DNA of 64,000 bases from Verrucomicrobiota bacterium. GTDB lineage: Bacteria; Verrucomicrobiota; Verrucomicrobiia; Opitutales; Opitutaceae. The stretch covers positions 51,885 through 115,884 of the forward strand of contig JAEZUE010000103.1 of NCBI GenBank assembly GCA_023443455.1. The letters are read 5' to 3'. Position numbers and translations under genes: made by a program. This document shows positions 38,781 to 48,148 of the stretch, piece after piece; position 1 is the first letter of the stretch, and every line of letters begins with the position of its first letter. The notes beneath the pieces were generated by a model. It made no database searches and was not told the origin of the DNA. It saw nothing but the letters and a program-made list of their open reading frames with translations.

Positions 38781-39944
38781 ATGTCTTCCCCCAACGAAAA
38801 CCCACCGGCTTCGGCGCGGCTCGACCTGAGCGGTCGACGCATTCTCGTCGTCGAAGACGACCGCATGAATGCCCGGATCCTCAACTCGATCCTGCAACCC
38901 GAAGGTCTCGTGCTCGCGGAGGCCGACTCGGGAGAGGCCGCGCTGAGCCTCTTTCCCGAATTCAAACCGGATCTGGTCCTGCTCGATGTGGTGATGGGCG
39001 GCATCAGCGGTTTCGAAACCTGCCGCCGCCTCAAGCAGAACCCCGCCGGCGCGAGTGTTCCGATCGTTTTCATCACCGCCAAGAATCAGCCCGACGACGT
39101 CCTGGCCGGATTCGAAGCCGGCGGGGTGGACTACGTGCTGAAGCCGTTCCAGCCCAAGGAAATCATCGCACGAATTCGCACCCATCTGCAGATCCGCGCG
39201 CTGCTCGAGCACCAGAACCTGCTCATCGACGACCTCAAGAAGGCCAACGCCGCAAAAAACCACTTCCTCGGCATCGCCGCGCACGACCTGCGCAACCCCC
39301 TCACCTCGGTGCGTGGCCTGTCCGAGTTCATGCTCGAAGGCTCCTCTGGTGAACTCTCCGAGGACCAACGCGCCATGGTCCGCAGCGTGCACAACGCAAC
39401 CCTGGCCATGCTCGATCTCCTCAACGAGCTGCTCGACATCTCCATCATCGAAAGCGGCGAGATGCGGCTTGAGCTCACCCCCACCAACTTCGCCGACATC
39501 GTGCACGACGCGGTCTTCCTCAACGGCCTGACCGCCGCGCGCAAACAGATGAAGATCACTTGCCGCCCGTTCAAACCCGCCCGCGCCCTCCTTATCGACG
39601 CGCGTAAAATCCGCCAGGTCGTCGACAATCTCCTCAGCAACGCGATCAAGTTTTCCCCACCCGGTACGACTATAACGGTGGAAATCACCGAAGATGCGGA
39701 CCATCAGACTGTTTCAATCCAAGATCAGGGCCCCGGAATCCCCCCCGACGAGATGAACATGCTCTTCACCAGCTTCGGCCGCACCTCGGTCCGCCCAACC
39801 GCCGGCGAGAAGAGTACCGGTTTGGGCTTGGCCATCTGCCGCAAGATCGTCGAGGCCCACCGCGGTACCATCACCGCCGGCAACCGCGATACCGGCGGTG
39901 CCGACTTCCGCTTCACCATCCCCGTGCCGGACCATGGAGTTTAA
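38781..39944 (+). CDS. REC-HisKA-HATPase hybrid kinase (no sensor domain)
   Basis: RILVVEDDRMN...DLVLLDVVMGGISGF...KPF, H-box AAHDLRNPLTSV, and ATPase DQGPGI...STGLGLAICR. Confidence 0.8.
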   Translation: MSSPNENPPASARLDLSGRRILVVEDDRMNARILNSILQPEGLVLAEADSGEAALSLFPEFKPDLVLLDVVMGGISGFETCRRLKQNPAGASVPIVFITAKNQPDDVLAGFEAGGVDYVLKPFQPKEIIARIRTHLQIRALLEHQNLLIDDLKKANAAKNHFLGIAAHDLRNPLTSVRGLSEFMLEGSSGELSEDQRAMVRSVHNATLAMLDLLNELLDISIIESGEMRLELTPTNFADIVHDAVFLNGLTAARKQMKITCRPFKPARALLIDARKIRQVVDNLLSNAIKFSPPGTTITVEITEDADHQTVSIQDQGPGIPPDEMNMLFTSFGRTSVRPTAGEKSTGLGLAICRKIVEAHRGTITAGNRDTGGADFRFTIPVPDHGV

Positions 39945-40320
39945 CGGAACAGTCCTCATCGTCGACGACGAGCCCCACATCCGCCGCTACATCGGCCTGA
40001 TCCTCCAGAAGATGGGATCGCCCACCCTCATCGAGGCCGGCAACGGCCAGGAAGCCATAGCCCTGTTTGCCCAGCACCGCCCCGACATGGTGCTGATGGA
40101 TGTGAACATGCCGATCATGGACGGCCTCGAGGCCCTCGAGCAGATCAACGCCCAAGACCCCGACGCCCTCGTCGTCATGCTCACCTCCCTCGCCACCCGC
40201 CATGTCGTGGAACGCTGCCTCGAATTGGGAGCGGCAAACTTCGTCCGCAAAGACACCCCGAAGGACGTCATGGCCCAAGTCCTCACCCAGACGATCGCGG
40301 ACAATTTCGGCGAAGAGTAA
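39934..40320 (+). CDS. Single-domain CheY-like response regulator
   Basis: VLIVDDEPHIR...DMVLMDVNMPIMDG...VVMLTS...FVRKD. Overlaps the kinase stop by 11 nt. Confidence 0.8.
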   Translation: MEFNGTVLIVDDEPHIRRYIGLILQKMGSPTLIEAGNGQEAIALFAQHRPDMVLMDVNMPIMDGLEALEQINAQDPDALVVMLTSLATRHVVERCLELGAANFVRKDTPKDVMAQVLTQTIADNFGEE

Positions 40321-40328
40321 ACCCACCC

Positions 40329-40535
40329 ATGGCCGCCCCCGACGAGCCCACCCCTGCGGACGAGCCCGAGTTCGAACTCGCGGTGAAGGAAGTGCGGTAC
40401 TCGCTCCCGCAACTGCTCCGCGAACTCCGCCTTGAGCGCACCGGTTCGCTCTTCGCCAAGGAGATCCTCGACCAGATGGAGATCAGCCAGATCTTCACCG
40501 TCCGCCGCAAGAAACATGGAAAACGTCGGCAATAG
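40329..40535 (+). CDS. Small hypothetical protein (68 aa; acidic N-terminus, basic C-terminus)
   Basis: Lies 8 nt after the RR gene and overlaps the ATPase start by 20 nt. No motif recognised. Confidence 0.35.
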   Translation: MAAPDEPTPADEPEFELAVKEVRYSLPQLLRELRLERTGSLFAKEILDQMEISQIFTVRRKKHGKRRQ

Positions 40536-42228
40536 CCGCTTCCTCCAGCTCCTCGCCGAGGGCATTCCCCCGCTCGTTGCACCGGAGGTCATCCAGCAGG
40601 CCGGCGCCGTGCACGGGGCCGGCACCTTGGCCATGCTCCAGTACCTCATCGCCGAGAAGCACATCCCCAAGGATCAGGCCTGCACCCTCTGGGGCAACTC
40701 GATCGGCAAAGCCTACGTCGATCCCCTCGCCTCGCTCATCTCCGACGAGGCCCTCGAAAAGATGCCTCCCGAGATCGCAGCGAAAACCCGCTCGATCCCG
40801 ATCTACATGCTCGACGGCGTCGTCACCGTCGCGATGGCCGAACCGGAAAACGCCGAGCTCGTGCGCCGCATCGGCCTGATCGTCAAATGCCCGGTCAGCC
40901 CCGTCTTCTCGATGCCCTGCGAGATCGCCGATGCGATCGCCGTGCACTACTCGACCGAGAAAGGCATCGAGGACAGCCTCAAGGAATTCGCCAAAAGCCA
41001 CTCCCTCTCGGCCGCCACCCTCGCCCCCGACGCGCTCCAGAGCCTCGGCGAATCCACCGGTGTCATCCAGATCGTGGATGCGATGATCCACTTCGCCCTG
41101 CGCGAACGCGCGACCGACATCCATATCGAGCCCCAGGAGGAGCAGACCCGGATCCGCTTCCGTATCGACGGTTTCATGCGCGAGGTCCTCACCTTCGCCC
41201 CCGTCCTGCACAACGCCATCATCACCCGCATCAAGATCCTCGCCGACCTCGACATCTCGGAAAACCGCCTGCCCCAGGACGGCCGCATCACCCTGCCGCT
41301 CGGCACCAACAAGGCCAACTTCCGCATCTCGACCATCCCCTCCCAATACGGCGAGAAGATCGTCGTGCGCGTCCTCAACATCACCGGCAAGAAGGACGCG
41401 CTCACCCTCGACAAGATCCTGATGTCGCAGACGATGCTGCGCCCCTTCCGCCGGCTCATCCAAAGCCCCAACGGCATCATCTTCGTCACCGGCCCCACCG
41501 GCTCCGGCAAGACGACCACCCTCTACGCCGTCCTGCAGGAACTCAACAGCGCCGGCGTCAACATCTCCACCATCGAGGACCCCATCGAGATCCAGCTCGC
41601 CGGCGTCAACCAGACCCAGGTCAAGTCCGAGATCGGCCTCGACTTCGCCTCGATGCTGCGCGCCCTCCTGCGGCAGGACCCCGACATCATCCTCCTCGGC
41701 GAGATCCGCGATGCGGAGACGGCGAAGATCGCCACCGAGGCCGCCCTCACCGGCCATCTCGTCTTGGCCACCCTGCACACCAACTCCGCCCCGCAGGCCG
41801 TGCTCCGCCTCATGGAAATGGGCGTGGCCCCCTTCATGGTCGCCCCCTCCGTCGTCGGCGTGCTCGCCCAGCGCCTCGCCGCCCGCATCTGCGACAAGTG
41901 CAAGGAAGCCTATTTTCCCCCGCGCGACGTCCTGCTCCGCTACTTCGACGACGAAGGCCTGGCCGACGTGCCGTTCTACCGCGGGCGCGGCTGCCCCTAT
42001 TGCCGCGGCACCGGCTTCCGCGGCCGTGTCGCCTTCCACGAACTCGTGCTCGTGACCGAGGAAATCCGCAGCCACATCGCCAAAGGCGCGAGCGTCTCCG
42101 ACATCGTGCGCGCCGCCCGCAAAGTCGGCTACCAGCCACTCCGCTACGACGGCCTGAAAAAAGTCCTGCTGGGCCTCACCACCATCGAGCAGATCGAGGA
42201 AAACTCCTCGTTCGAATGGCAGAGCTGA
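40516..42228 (+). CDS. GspE/PilB-family secretion ATPase (T2SS/T4P type)
   Basis: T2SSE N-domain; Walker A GPTGSGKTTT; Asp box; Walker B IILLGEIRD; His box ATLHTN; tetracysteine CDKC...CPYC. Confidence 0.85.
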   Translation: MENVGNSRFLQLLAEGIPPLVAPEVIQQAGAVHGAGTLAMLQYLIAEKHIPKDQACTLWGNSIGKAYVDPLASLISDEALEKMPPEIAAKTRSIPIYMLDGVVTVAMAEPENAELVRRIGLIVKCPVSPVFSMPCEIADAIAVHYSTEKGIEDSLKEFAKSHSLSAATLAPDALQSLGESTGVIQIVDAMIHFALRERATDIHIEPQEEQTRIRFRIDGFMREVLTFAPVLHNAIITRIKILADLDISENRLPQDGRITLPLGTNKANFRISTIPSQYGEKIVVRVLNITGKKDALTLDKILMSQTMLRPFRRLIQSPNGIIFVTGPTGSGKTTTLYAVLQELNSAGVNISTIEDPIEIQLAGVNQTQVKSEIGLDFASMLRALLRQDPDIILLGEIRDAETAKIATEAALTGHLVLATLHTNSAPQAVLRLMEMGVAPFMVAPSVVGVLAQRLAARICDKCKEAYFPPRDVLLRYFDDEGLADVPFYRGRGCPYCRGTGFRGRVAFHELVLVTEEIRSHIAKGASVSDIVRAARKVGYQPLRYDGLKKVLLGLTTIEQIEENSSFEWQS

Positions 42229-42330
42229 GGTCCGCCGCCCGATCCCCGGATTGCCGTTTCATTCGCGACGCAACGGGCCGATTAGTAGCCGACATCCCCC
42301 GTTGCACCGAAACCCCGGTCCTCGCGCGCC

Positions 42331-42699
42331 ATGCCAGAATCAACGCCCCCTCCGCCCATCGAGCAGGCTGCCCTCGTGAACCTCCGCACCATCGGCGGCG
42401 GCGACAACGAATTCGTCGCCGAAATCGTGCAGATGTTTCGCGAAGACACTCCACCCAATCTCGACGAACTCGACCAGGCCGCCACCAGCCTCGACCCCGT
42501 CCGCCTCGGCAAAGTCGCCCACGGACTCAAGGGGAGCGCCGGAAACTTCGGTGCCAAACATTTCCGCACGCTCACCGAACGCATCGAGGAGATCGCCCGC
42601 AGCGGCGACCTCGCCCCGGCCGCCGCCGCCATCGCGGATCTGCGGGCCGAATACGAACGCGTCATCGCCGCGCTCGACGCCGCCCTGCCCACCCTCTAG
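42331..42699 (+). CDS. Hpt (histidine phosphotransfer) domain protein
   Basis: ...VAHGLKGSAGNFGAKHF... is the canonical HxxKG Hpt motif. Confidence 0.8.
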   Translation: MPESTPPPPIEQAALVNLRTIGGGDNEFVAEIVQMFREDTPPNLDELDQAATSLDPVRLGKVAHGLKGSAGNFGAKHFRTLTERIEEIARSGDLAPAAAAIADLRAEYERVIAALDAALPTL

Positions 42700-42835
42700 G
42701 GCCCGGCGTTTCACACTTCGAACAACGGAAGCGACCCAGCGATCGAGCGGAACTCGCCAGAGTTGCGCCCTCCCACGCTCGGTCGGCGCCCGCCCCCACG
42801 AAGTGAAAGATGTGCGCTGAACCGGCGCCCGCCCC

Positions 42836-42887
42836 CCGCCCCGGGAAAAATAGCGTGACGGTCGTCACGCTATTTTTCCCGGGGCGG
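42836..42887. repeat. Hairpin palindrome, copy 1 (24-bp stem, GGTC loop)
   Basis: CCGCCCCGGGAAAAATAGCGTGAC-GGTC-GTCACGCTATTTTTCCCGGGGCGG. Confidence 0.9.
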
Positions 42888-43027
42888 AGCCGGCGGGTGT
42901 CGCCGTTCGCAGCGGGGAATGGCCCGCAGACGGGTGACAACGGGAAGATCTCCGCTTCGACCTTCGGCCGTCGCACCGCCTCCTTCCGCGCTCGCCGCGC
43001 GACGCCCGCCCGCCCAACCTCCTGCGC

Positions 43028-43705
43028 GTGCAAGCCGCCGAACTCTTCGCCCTTCCTCCTTCGCTCGCCGCGTTCGCCCCGTTTTTCGCCGCTACCGCCC
43101 ACCCCTGGGAATGGCTCGAGCAGATCGGCGCCGCACTCGCCGCCCAGGATTTCTCCGGCGGGCAAGCCCTGCCGCCCGGTATCCACGCCGAGGGCCCAGT
43201 CTACATCCATCCGACCGCCCAGCTACCTTCCTACGCGACCCTCGTCGGCCCGATCTGGGTCGGCCCCGAGACCAAGCTCCTCCCCGGCTGCTACCTGCGC
43301 GGCAACGTCATCGTCGGCGCGAAGTGCACCGTCGGCCACAACGCCGAGATCAAAAATTCCCTGCTCATGGACGGCGTGCAGATCCCGCACCGCCCCTATG
43401 TCGGCGACTCGATCCTCGGCAACGGCGCCCACCTCGGCGCCGGCGCCGTTCTCTCCAACCTCCGCCTCGACCAGAAGGCGATCACGGTGCGCGTGCCCGC
43501 GGGCAGCTTCGACACCGGTCTGCGCAAATTCGGCGCCCTGCTCGGCGACAGGGCCGAGGTCGGCTGCAACGCCGTGCTCCAGCCCGGCACCATCCTCGGC
43601 CCGCGCGCGCTCGTCATGCCCACCATGGCCTTCGCCGGCTTCCTGCCCGCCGGCCACATCGCCCGCGTGCGCGAACAGGTGTCAACTTTCCCGCGACGGG
43701 ATTGA
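43028..43705 (+). CDS. Left-handed beta-helix (hexapeptide-repeat) acyl/nucleotidyl-transferase-like protein
   Basis: Repeated [LIV]G-x4 hexapeptides (VIVGAKCTVGHNAEIKNSLLMDGVQI...VGDSILGNGAHLGAGAVL...). Confidence 0.65.
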   Translation: MQAAELFALPPSLAAFAPFFAATAHPWEWLEQIGAALAAQDFSGGQALPPGIHAEGPVYIHPTAQLPSYATLVGPIWVGPETKLLPGCYLRGNVIVGAKCTVGHNAEIKNSLLMDGVQIPHRPYVGDSILGNGAHLGAGAVLSNLRLDQKAITVRVPAGSFDTGLRKFGALLGDRAEVGCNAVLQPGTILGPRALVMPTMAFAGFLPAGHIARVREQVSTFPRRD

Positions 43706-43725
43706 CCCCCGCCCGCCGGTCGGGA

Positions 43726-44277
43726 TCAGGCCGCACCGGCCCAATCGCCGCGGCGCATCGCATACACGATGTGGTCCACAAAATGGTCGTAGAGCCATTC
43801 GGCGTTTCCGATCACACACTCGGCCGTGAAACCGAGGCGCTCGGGAATCGCCCGGCTGCGCGCGTTCCCGACCGCCACCCGGATCACCACTTGCCGCAAC
43901 CCGAGGCCGGCGAAGGCATGCTCGACCAATGCACGGCAGCTCCGGGTCATGAGCCCCCGTCCGACGGCATCACGGCTGAGCCAATACCCGATTTCAACCG
44001 AGCGGTCGGCCCACCGGATCGGTTTATAGCCCACGGTTCCCACCACCCTGCCCTCGAAAACCACGGTACAGCAGCTGCCCAACCCCTGCTCCTCCTGTGC
44101 GAGCACCGATCGGACAAAGTCCCGGGTCTGCGCGATCGTGGTGTTGGCATCCAGCCAAGGCAGCCACTCGCGCAGGTGTTCACGGTTCCGTTCGACCAGC
44201 GCGAACAGCGCTTCGGTGTCGGCTTCGCCGATCGCGCGAAGCTCCAGATCCCGGTCGAGTTGCAGTGGCAGAACCAT
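43726..44277 (-). CDS. GNAT N-acetyltransferase (RimJ/RimL-like)
   Basis: ...LRAIGEADTEALFALV...EIGYWLSRDAVGRGLMTRSCRALVEHAF...NARSRAIPERLGF... Confidence 0.75.
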   Translation of the reverse strand: MVLPLQLDRDLELRAIGEADTEALFALVERNREHLREWLPWLDANTTIAQTRDFVRSVLAQEEQGLGSCCTVVFEGRVVGTVGYKPIRWADRSVEIGYWLSRDAVGRGLMTRSCRALVEHAFAGLGLRQVVIRVAVGNARSRAIPERLGFTAECVIGNAEWLYDHFVDHIVYAMRRGDWAGAA

Positions 44278-44366
44278 GGTCCGAACGAGTCCCCGGTTTC
44301 ATGCCCCGAGTGGGCGCGAAGCGTATCCTCCCGGAAAAAACACCCCGCACCAACGCCCGGCCGCGT

Positions 44367-44744
44367 TCACCGCTTCTCCGCCCAGGTTCCGTTCTCGTCC
44401 TGGACGAGAACCCCACGGGCACTGGCGGCGGCGATCTGTTTCGCACGGGCCTTGCCCACCGTCTCCGGTGTCGTCTCGCTGCGTTGCGCGATCGCCCGGT
44501 AGACCGCGGCACGGTCCGAATTCTCCGCGGCGACCAGCGCCTGCTCATCGGGCGTGGCTGGGCCGCGCACCTCGAGCAGTCCGGTATTCGTCTCGCCCAC
44601 GACCTGCCGTCGCCGCAGATCGTCGACCGCCGGCAGGCGTTGTTCGAGCCGCTGCTTCAAACCGGGCTCCTGCGCCGATGCCGCAGGGGCGGCGGCGCCA
44701 TACAAGGCGATCGCGAGAAGGGAAATCAGAATACGGGTCTTCAT
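44367..44744 (-). CDS. ydbL: YdbL-like periplasmic protein (DUF1318)
   Basis: Signal peptide, then ...RRRQVVGETNTGLLEVR...ALVAAENSDRAAVYRAIAQ...GTWAEK, which parallels E. coli YdbL. ATGA overlap with ynbE. Confidence 0.7.
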   Translation of the reverse strand: MKTRILISLLAIALYGAAAPAASAQEPGLKQRLEQRLPAVDDLRRRQVVGETNTGLLEVRGPATPDEQALVAAENSDRAAVYRAIAQRSETTPETVGKARAKQIAAASARGVLVQDENGTWAEKR

Positions 44745-44938
44745 GGCTGGGCGGTCGGGGTTTCGAGGGTCGTGGACTTGCTGTCGAGGTCGCCGAAGAA
44801 ATCCTCCAGCGCCTTCTCGACGCGCACGTTGACGTCGACGGTGATGTGGATCGGCTTCACCTCGACCGTCGTGTACACGCAGCCGGCGAAGCCGACGGAG
44901 CCGAGGACGAGGAGCGCCAGGGCGAGGGGTTTGTTCAT
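44741..44938 (-). CDS. ynbE: YnbE-like lipoprotein
   Basis: 65 aa. Lipobox GFAGC, then ...VEVKPIHITVDVNVRVEKALEDFF, as in YnbE. Confidence 0.7.
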   Translation of the reverse strand: MNKPLALALLVLGSVGFAGCVYTTVEVKPIHITVDVNVRVEKALEDFFGDLDSKSTTLETPTAQP

Positions 44939-44988
44939 GGTCGCGAGGTTGGTTGGTCGATGCGGACAGGACAACGGCGGATTCGGGT

Positions 44989-47829
44989 TCAACGTTTCCC
45001 GCCGAGGCCAAGGTTGAGAAAATGTTCGAGCGGCGCGTTCACGTTCACGTCGATGCTCACCGGCACGGCGAACTCGCCCCCGGCCGGCGCGCCGACCAGC
45101 CGCACCCGCATCGATTGGCCGACCGCATCCTCCGGATACAGATCGATCTGCAGGCGGTTGAAGACAAGGTGCTGGATCGACTGCTCCACTTGCAGCAGCG
45201 AGGCGTACTCGGGAGACCCGGGCCGGCGGTCGCGGGTCAGCAGGTGCAGTTCGCGGGTGAAATGCACCCGCCCGATCTCGCCCGGGCTGAGCCGCAGGAA
45301 GCCCGTGCCGAAACCCACCTTGCCGTCCTTCCACGTCAACGGCACCAGCCCGTCCACCACACCGCTGGCTTCGGCCGGCACGTCGTCGAAGAGCCGCAGC
45401 AGTTCCTCCAGTTTCGCTCCGCTGATACCCAGCTTCGTGGCGATCGCCGGCGCCGCCGGATCGAGCACGAAGGGCCCGCAGGCCAACCGCCCCCCGAAGC
45501 CGAGACCTTCGAGCGCGGAAACCGCCAGACCCCCAGCCTGCGAATACGAGAAGACTGCCTGCAGGTTCGAGAACGGCATTCCACCCAGCACTCCGCTCTC
45601 GCACGTTAGCCGCTGACCGGTCGCCGTCGCCACGGGACCGAGCGAATCGAAGACGATCCGCCCCTTGATGCCGTCGACTGCCACCGTTCCGCCGGTGGTG
45701 CGCGCGCCAAAATCCTGGAGCAGCAGATCGGCCCCCAACGCCCACCTGCCGTCCGCGAACCGGCTGCGGCCGCTCACCGCCACACCGCCGGAGAGCTCCC
45801 ATCCGGCCAACTGCGGCCACCAACGCGCCCAGGGTTCGCGGCCGGCGAAGACCACGGGATCGAAGCCCCACGTGCCCTCGGCCGAAAAGCCCTCGCCCCA
45901 GTGCAGCGTCTGCTCGATCGTCGGCCGGATGGGCAGGTCCGCAACCGCGCAGGCCCCGCGCAAAGTGCCGCCCTCCAGTCCCGCGACGAGCTCGAGCCGC
46001 AGGTCGGACGTCTTCACCCCGGACGACTCGAACACGGCCGCCGTCAACCCCACATCGATGCCTCCCGTCTCGTAGATTTCCGCCCCCCGCGAGCCCCACT
46101 TGAACTCGACCCCGCTGGCGGACCAACCGGAACCGCCGCGCACCACCGCCTCCCGCAACGCAACCTCGTAATCGCCGCTCCACAACAGATCCCGGCCCAT
46201 GCGCGCGCTCGGCAGCGTCCCCCAGCGCGCCACCGCGCGGTTCCAAAGCCGTGGCCAGCGGATCACCGCGACCGCCGCGGGCGCGATCAGCGAGGTGTCT
46301 CCATGGCGCGCGATCACCTCGCGCGCGTCGAGCGAAGCCCGCCCGGAAATGTATTCACGATCAAGATCCAGCAGGATCTCGCCCCCCAGCACGGCCTCGA
46401 CCCGCGTGCCCGCCGAAAACGCGGTGCGCCGCTGGCTCGGGATCGACACCTCGGCCCGCACCCCTTCGGCCCCGGCGTCGAGCACGGCCTGCAGCGCCAC
46501 CTTGCCCGCGACCTGCCCGGGAGCCACCCGCCAGTCCGAATGCTCCGCCGCGAGACAGGCGTTCAGGTCGAATCCCACCTGCGCGGTCGCCACCAGTCGC
46601 GGGTGACCGCCGACGAATCCGCCCGCCGTCGCCTCGAACGAGACCAGGCTCAGCCGACCCGCTCCGCCCAACTCCAAGGCCGGGGCGGCTAACGTGAGTT
46701 CGGCGCCGTTCCACCGCAGATGCACCTCGGCCGGGGCCGCCAACGTCCACCCGTGGGCGCCCGCTTCGACAAGTCGCAGCGTCGCCTCGCCGGTGGGCGC
46801 CCCTCCCCCGACCGGCCGCCGCAGCGACACCTCTCCAGCCCCCGCCAGCTCCAGGCCCGCCGCGGCGAAGCGGCCCTCGGAAAACTGCATCCGCCATGAG
46901 TCCGGGTCGCCACCAATAACCGGTGACAGAACCGCGGCGTTCCGGTCCCCCGATTCCCAACGGGCCGAGTCGAACTTGCCCTCGACCCGCCACGCCTCGG
47001 CCGTCTCCGCCCCCACCATCAACCGGCCCGCGCCCACCGACACCGCGACGCCGTCGGCGCGCCAGGCGCACGCCGGAAACTCGGACTCCAGCCGGACCTT
47101 GCCCCATCGGCCTTCGGCGAACACCGCCCCACCGGAAAGAACCAGCTTCGCCGCATCGGCGAAGCGCACCGCCGCCACGGCCTCCGGCGCCACCCCCTCG
47201 AGCACCGCCGACCATTCGCGCGGCGCCGCCTCGACGCGGCGCACATCGACCTCGACGGCATCGCCGACCAGGTCGCCCCGCACCGACACCCGCCCCGCCA
47301 AAGCCGTGCCGGTAACCACAAGTTCGGCACGCAGCTCCTCCACCCTCGAGTCGATGAAGCCCGAGAACGGCAGCTCGAGGCTGCGCCCGCCGTTGCGCAG
47401 CACCACCCTCGACCGCTCGATCTCGAGGCGACCGTACGGAAAACCGCCGCTGGAGGGCCGGAGCGCCTCGCGCAGCGCCGGCAGACGCTGCAGATCGGCC
47501 CCGAGTTCCAGTCCCTCGAGGACCACGCGCGGCGAACCACGCCGCGCCAGGACTTCCCAGCCCAGTTCCGCCCGCGCCTGCTCGGCGTTGAGGGTCAGGC
47601 CCGGCAGTTCCAGCTTCACCGGTCCGACCACGGCCCGCTTCCACGTGAGTTCGCGCAGGTGGGTGGCATCGGTCTCGACCCCGAGCACCCGCAACTCCGC
47701 CAGCAACCGTCGCTCGACCCAATGGTTGAACGGAGGCAGCCAGCCCCCGGCCGCGAGGCCGCCGAGCCCGGCGGCCAGCAGCACGAGCAGCCCCAGGAGG
47801 CGCAGAAATGTTCGCCGTGTCTTTCTCAT
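44989..47829 (-). CDS. ydbH: YdbH-like AsmA-family (intermembrane lipid-transfer type) protein
   Basis: 946 aa with an N-terminal anchor. The C-terminal ...GFLRLSPGEIGRVHFTRE...VFNRLQIDLYPED...VSIDVNVNAPLEHFLN matches the DctA-YdbH domain. It lies upstream of ynbE-ydbL. Confidence 0.7.
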   Translation of the reverse strand: MRKTRRTFLRLLGLLVLLAAGLGGLAAGGWLPPFNHWVERRLLAELRVLGVETDATHLRELTWKRAVVGPVKLELPGLTLNAEQARAELGWEVLARRGSPRVVLEGLELGADLQRLPALREALRPSSGGFPYGRLEIERSRVVLRNGGRSLELPFSGFIDSRVEELRAELVVTGTALAGRVSVRGDLVGDAVEVDVRRVEAAPREWSAVLEGVAPEAVAAVRFADAAKLVLSGGAVFAEGRWGKVRLESEFPACAWRADGVAVSVGAGRLMVGAETAEAWRVEGKFDSARWESGDRNAAVLSPVIGGDPDSWRMQFSEGRFAAAGLELAGAGEVSLRRPVGGGAPTGEATLRLVEAGAHGWTLAAPAEVHLRWNGAELTLAAPALELGGAGRLSLVSFEATAGGFVGGHPRLVATAQVGFDLNACLAAEHSDWRVAPGQVAGKVALQAVLDAGAEGVRAEVSIPSQRRTAFSAGTRVEAVLGGEILLDLDREYISGRASLDAREVIARHGDTSLIAPAAVAVIRWPRLWNRAVARWGTLPSARMGRDLLWSGDYEVALREAVVRGGSGWSASGVEFKWGSRGAEIYETGGIDVGLTAAVFESSGVKTSDLRLELVAGLEGGTLRGACAVADLPIRPTIEQTLHWGEGFSAEGTWGFDPVVFAGREPWARWWPQLAGWELSGGVAVSGRSRFADGRWALGADLLLQDFGARTTGGTVAVDGIKGRIVFDSLGPVATATGQRLTCESGVLGGMPFSNLQAVFSYSQAGGLAVSALEGLGFGGRLACGPFVLDPAAPAIATKLGISGAKLEELLRLFDDVPAEASGVVDGLVPLTWKDGKVGFGTGFLRLSPGEIGRVHFTRELHLLTRDRRPGSPEYASLLQVEQSIQHLVFNRLQIDLYPEDAVGQSMRVRLVGAPAGGEFAVPVSIDVNVNAPLEHFLNLGLGGKR

Positions 47830-48004
47830 CCGCAGTCGGGCGGATCGAACCGACCTCCCCCGCCCGATGCGAGTGCAAAGACCGGCGGAAAACGCCCCCG
47901 GCGACTCTTACGATTCCTTTGCGCGCGCCCCTCATCTCTCCCCGAGGCGAGCGCTCGCAACCAAACCGCCAGCCCCTACCACGACCCGCCGCCCGATCCC
48001 CCTC

Positions 48005-48092
<88 letters not shown>

Positions 48093-48148
48093 CCCGGCCC
48101 TGCCTCGGGCCGGCCGATGCGAGGGCGGAAGATTCCGGAAATCGTGCT

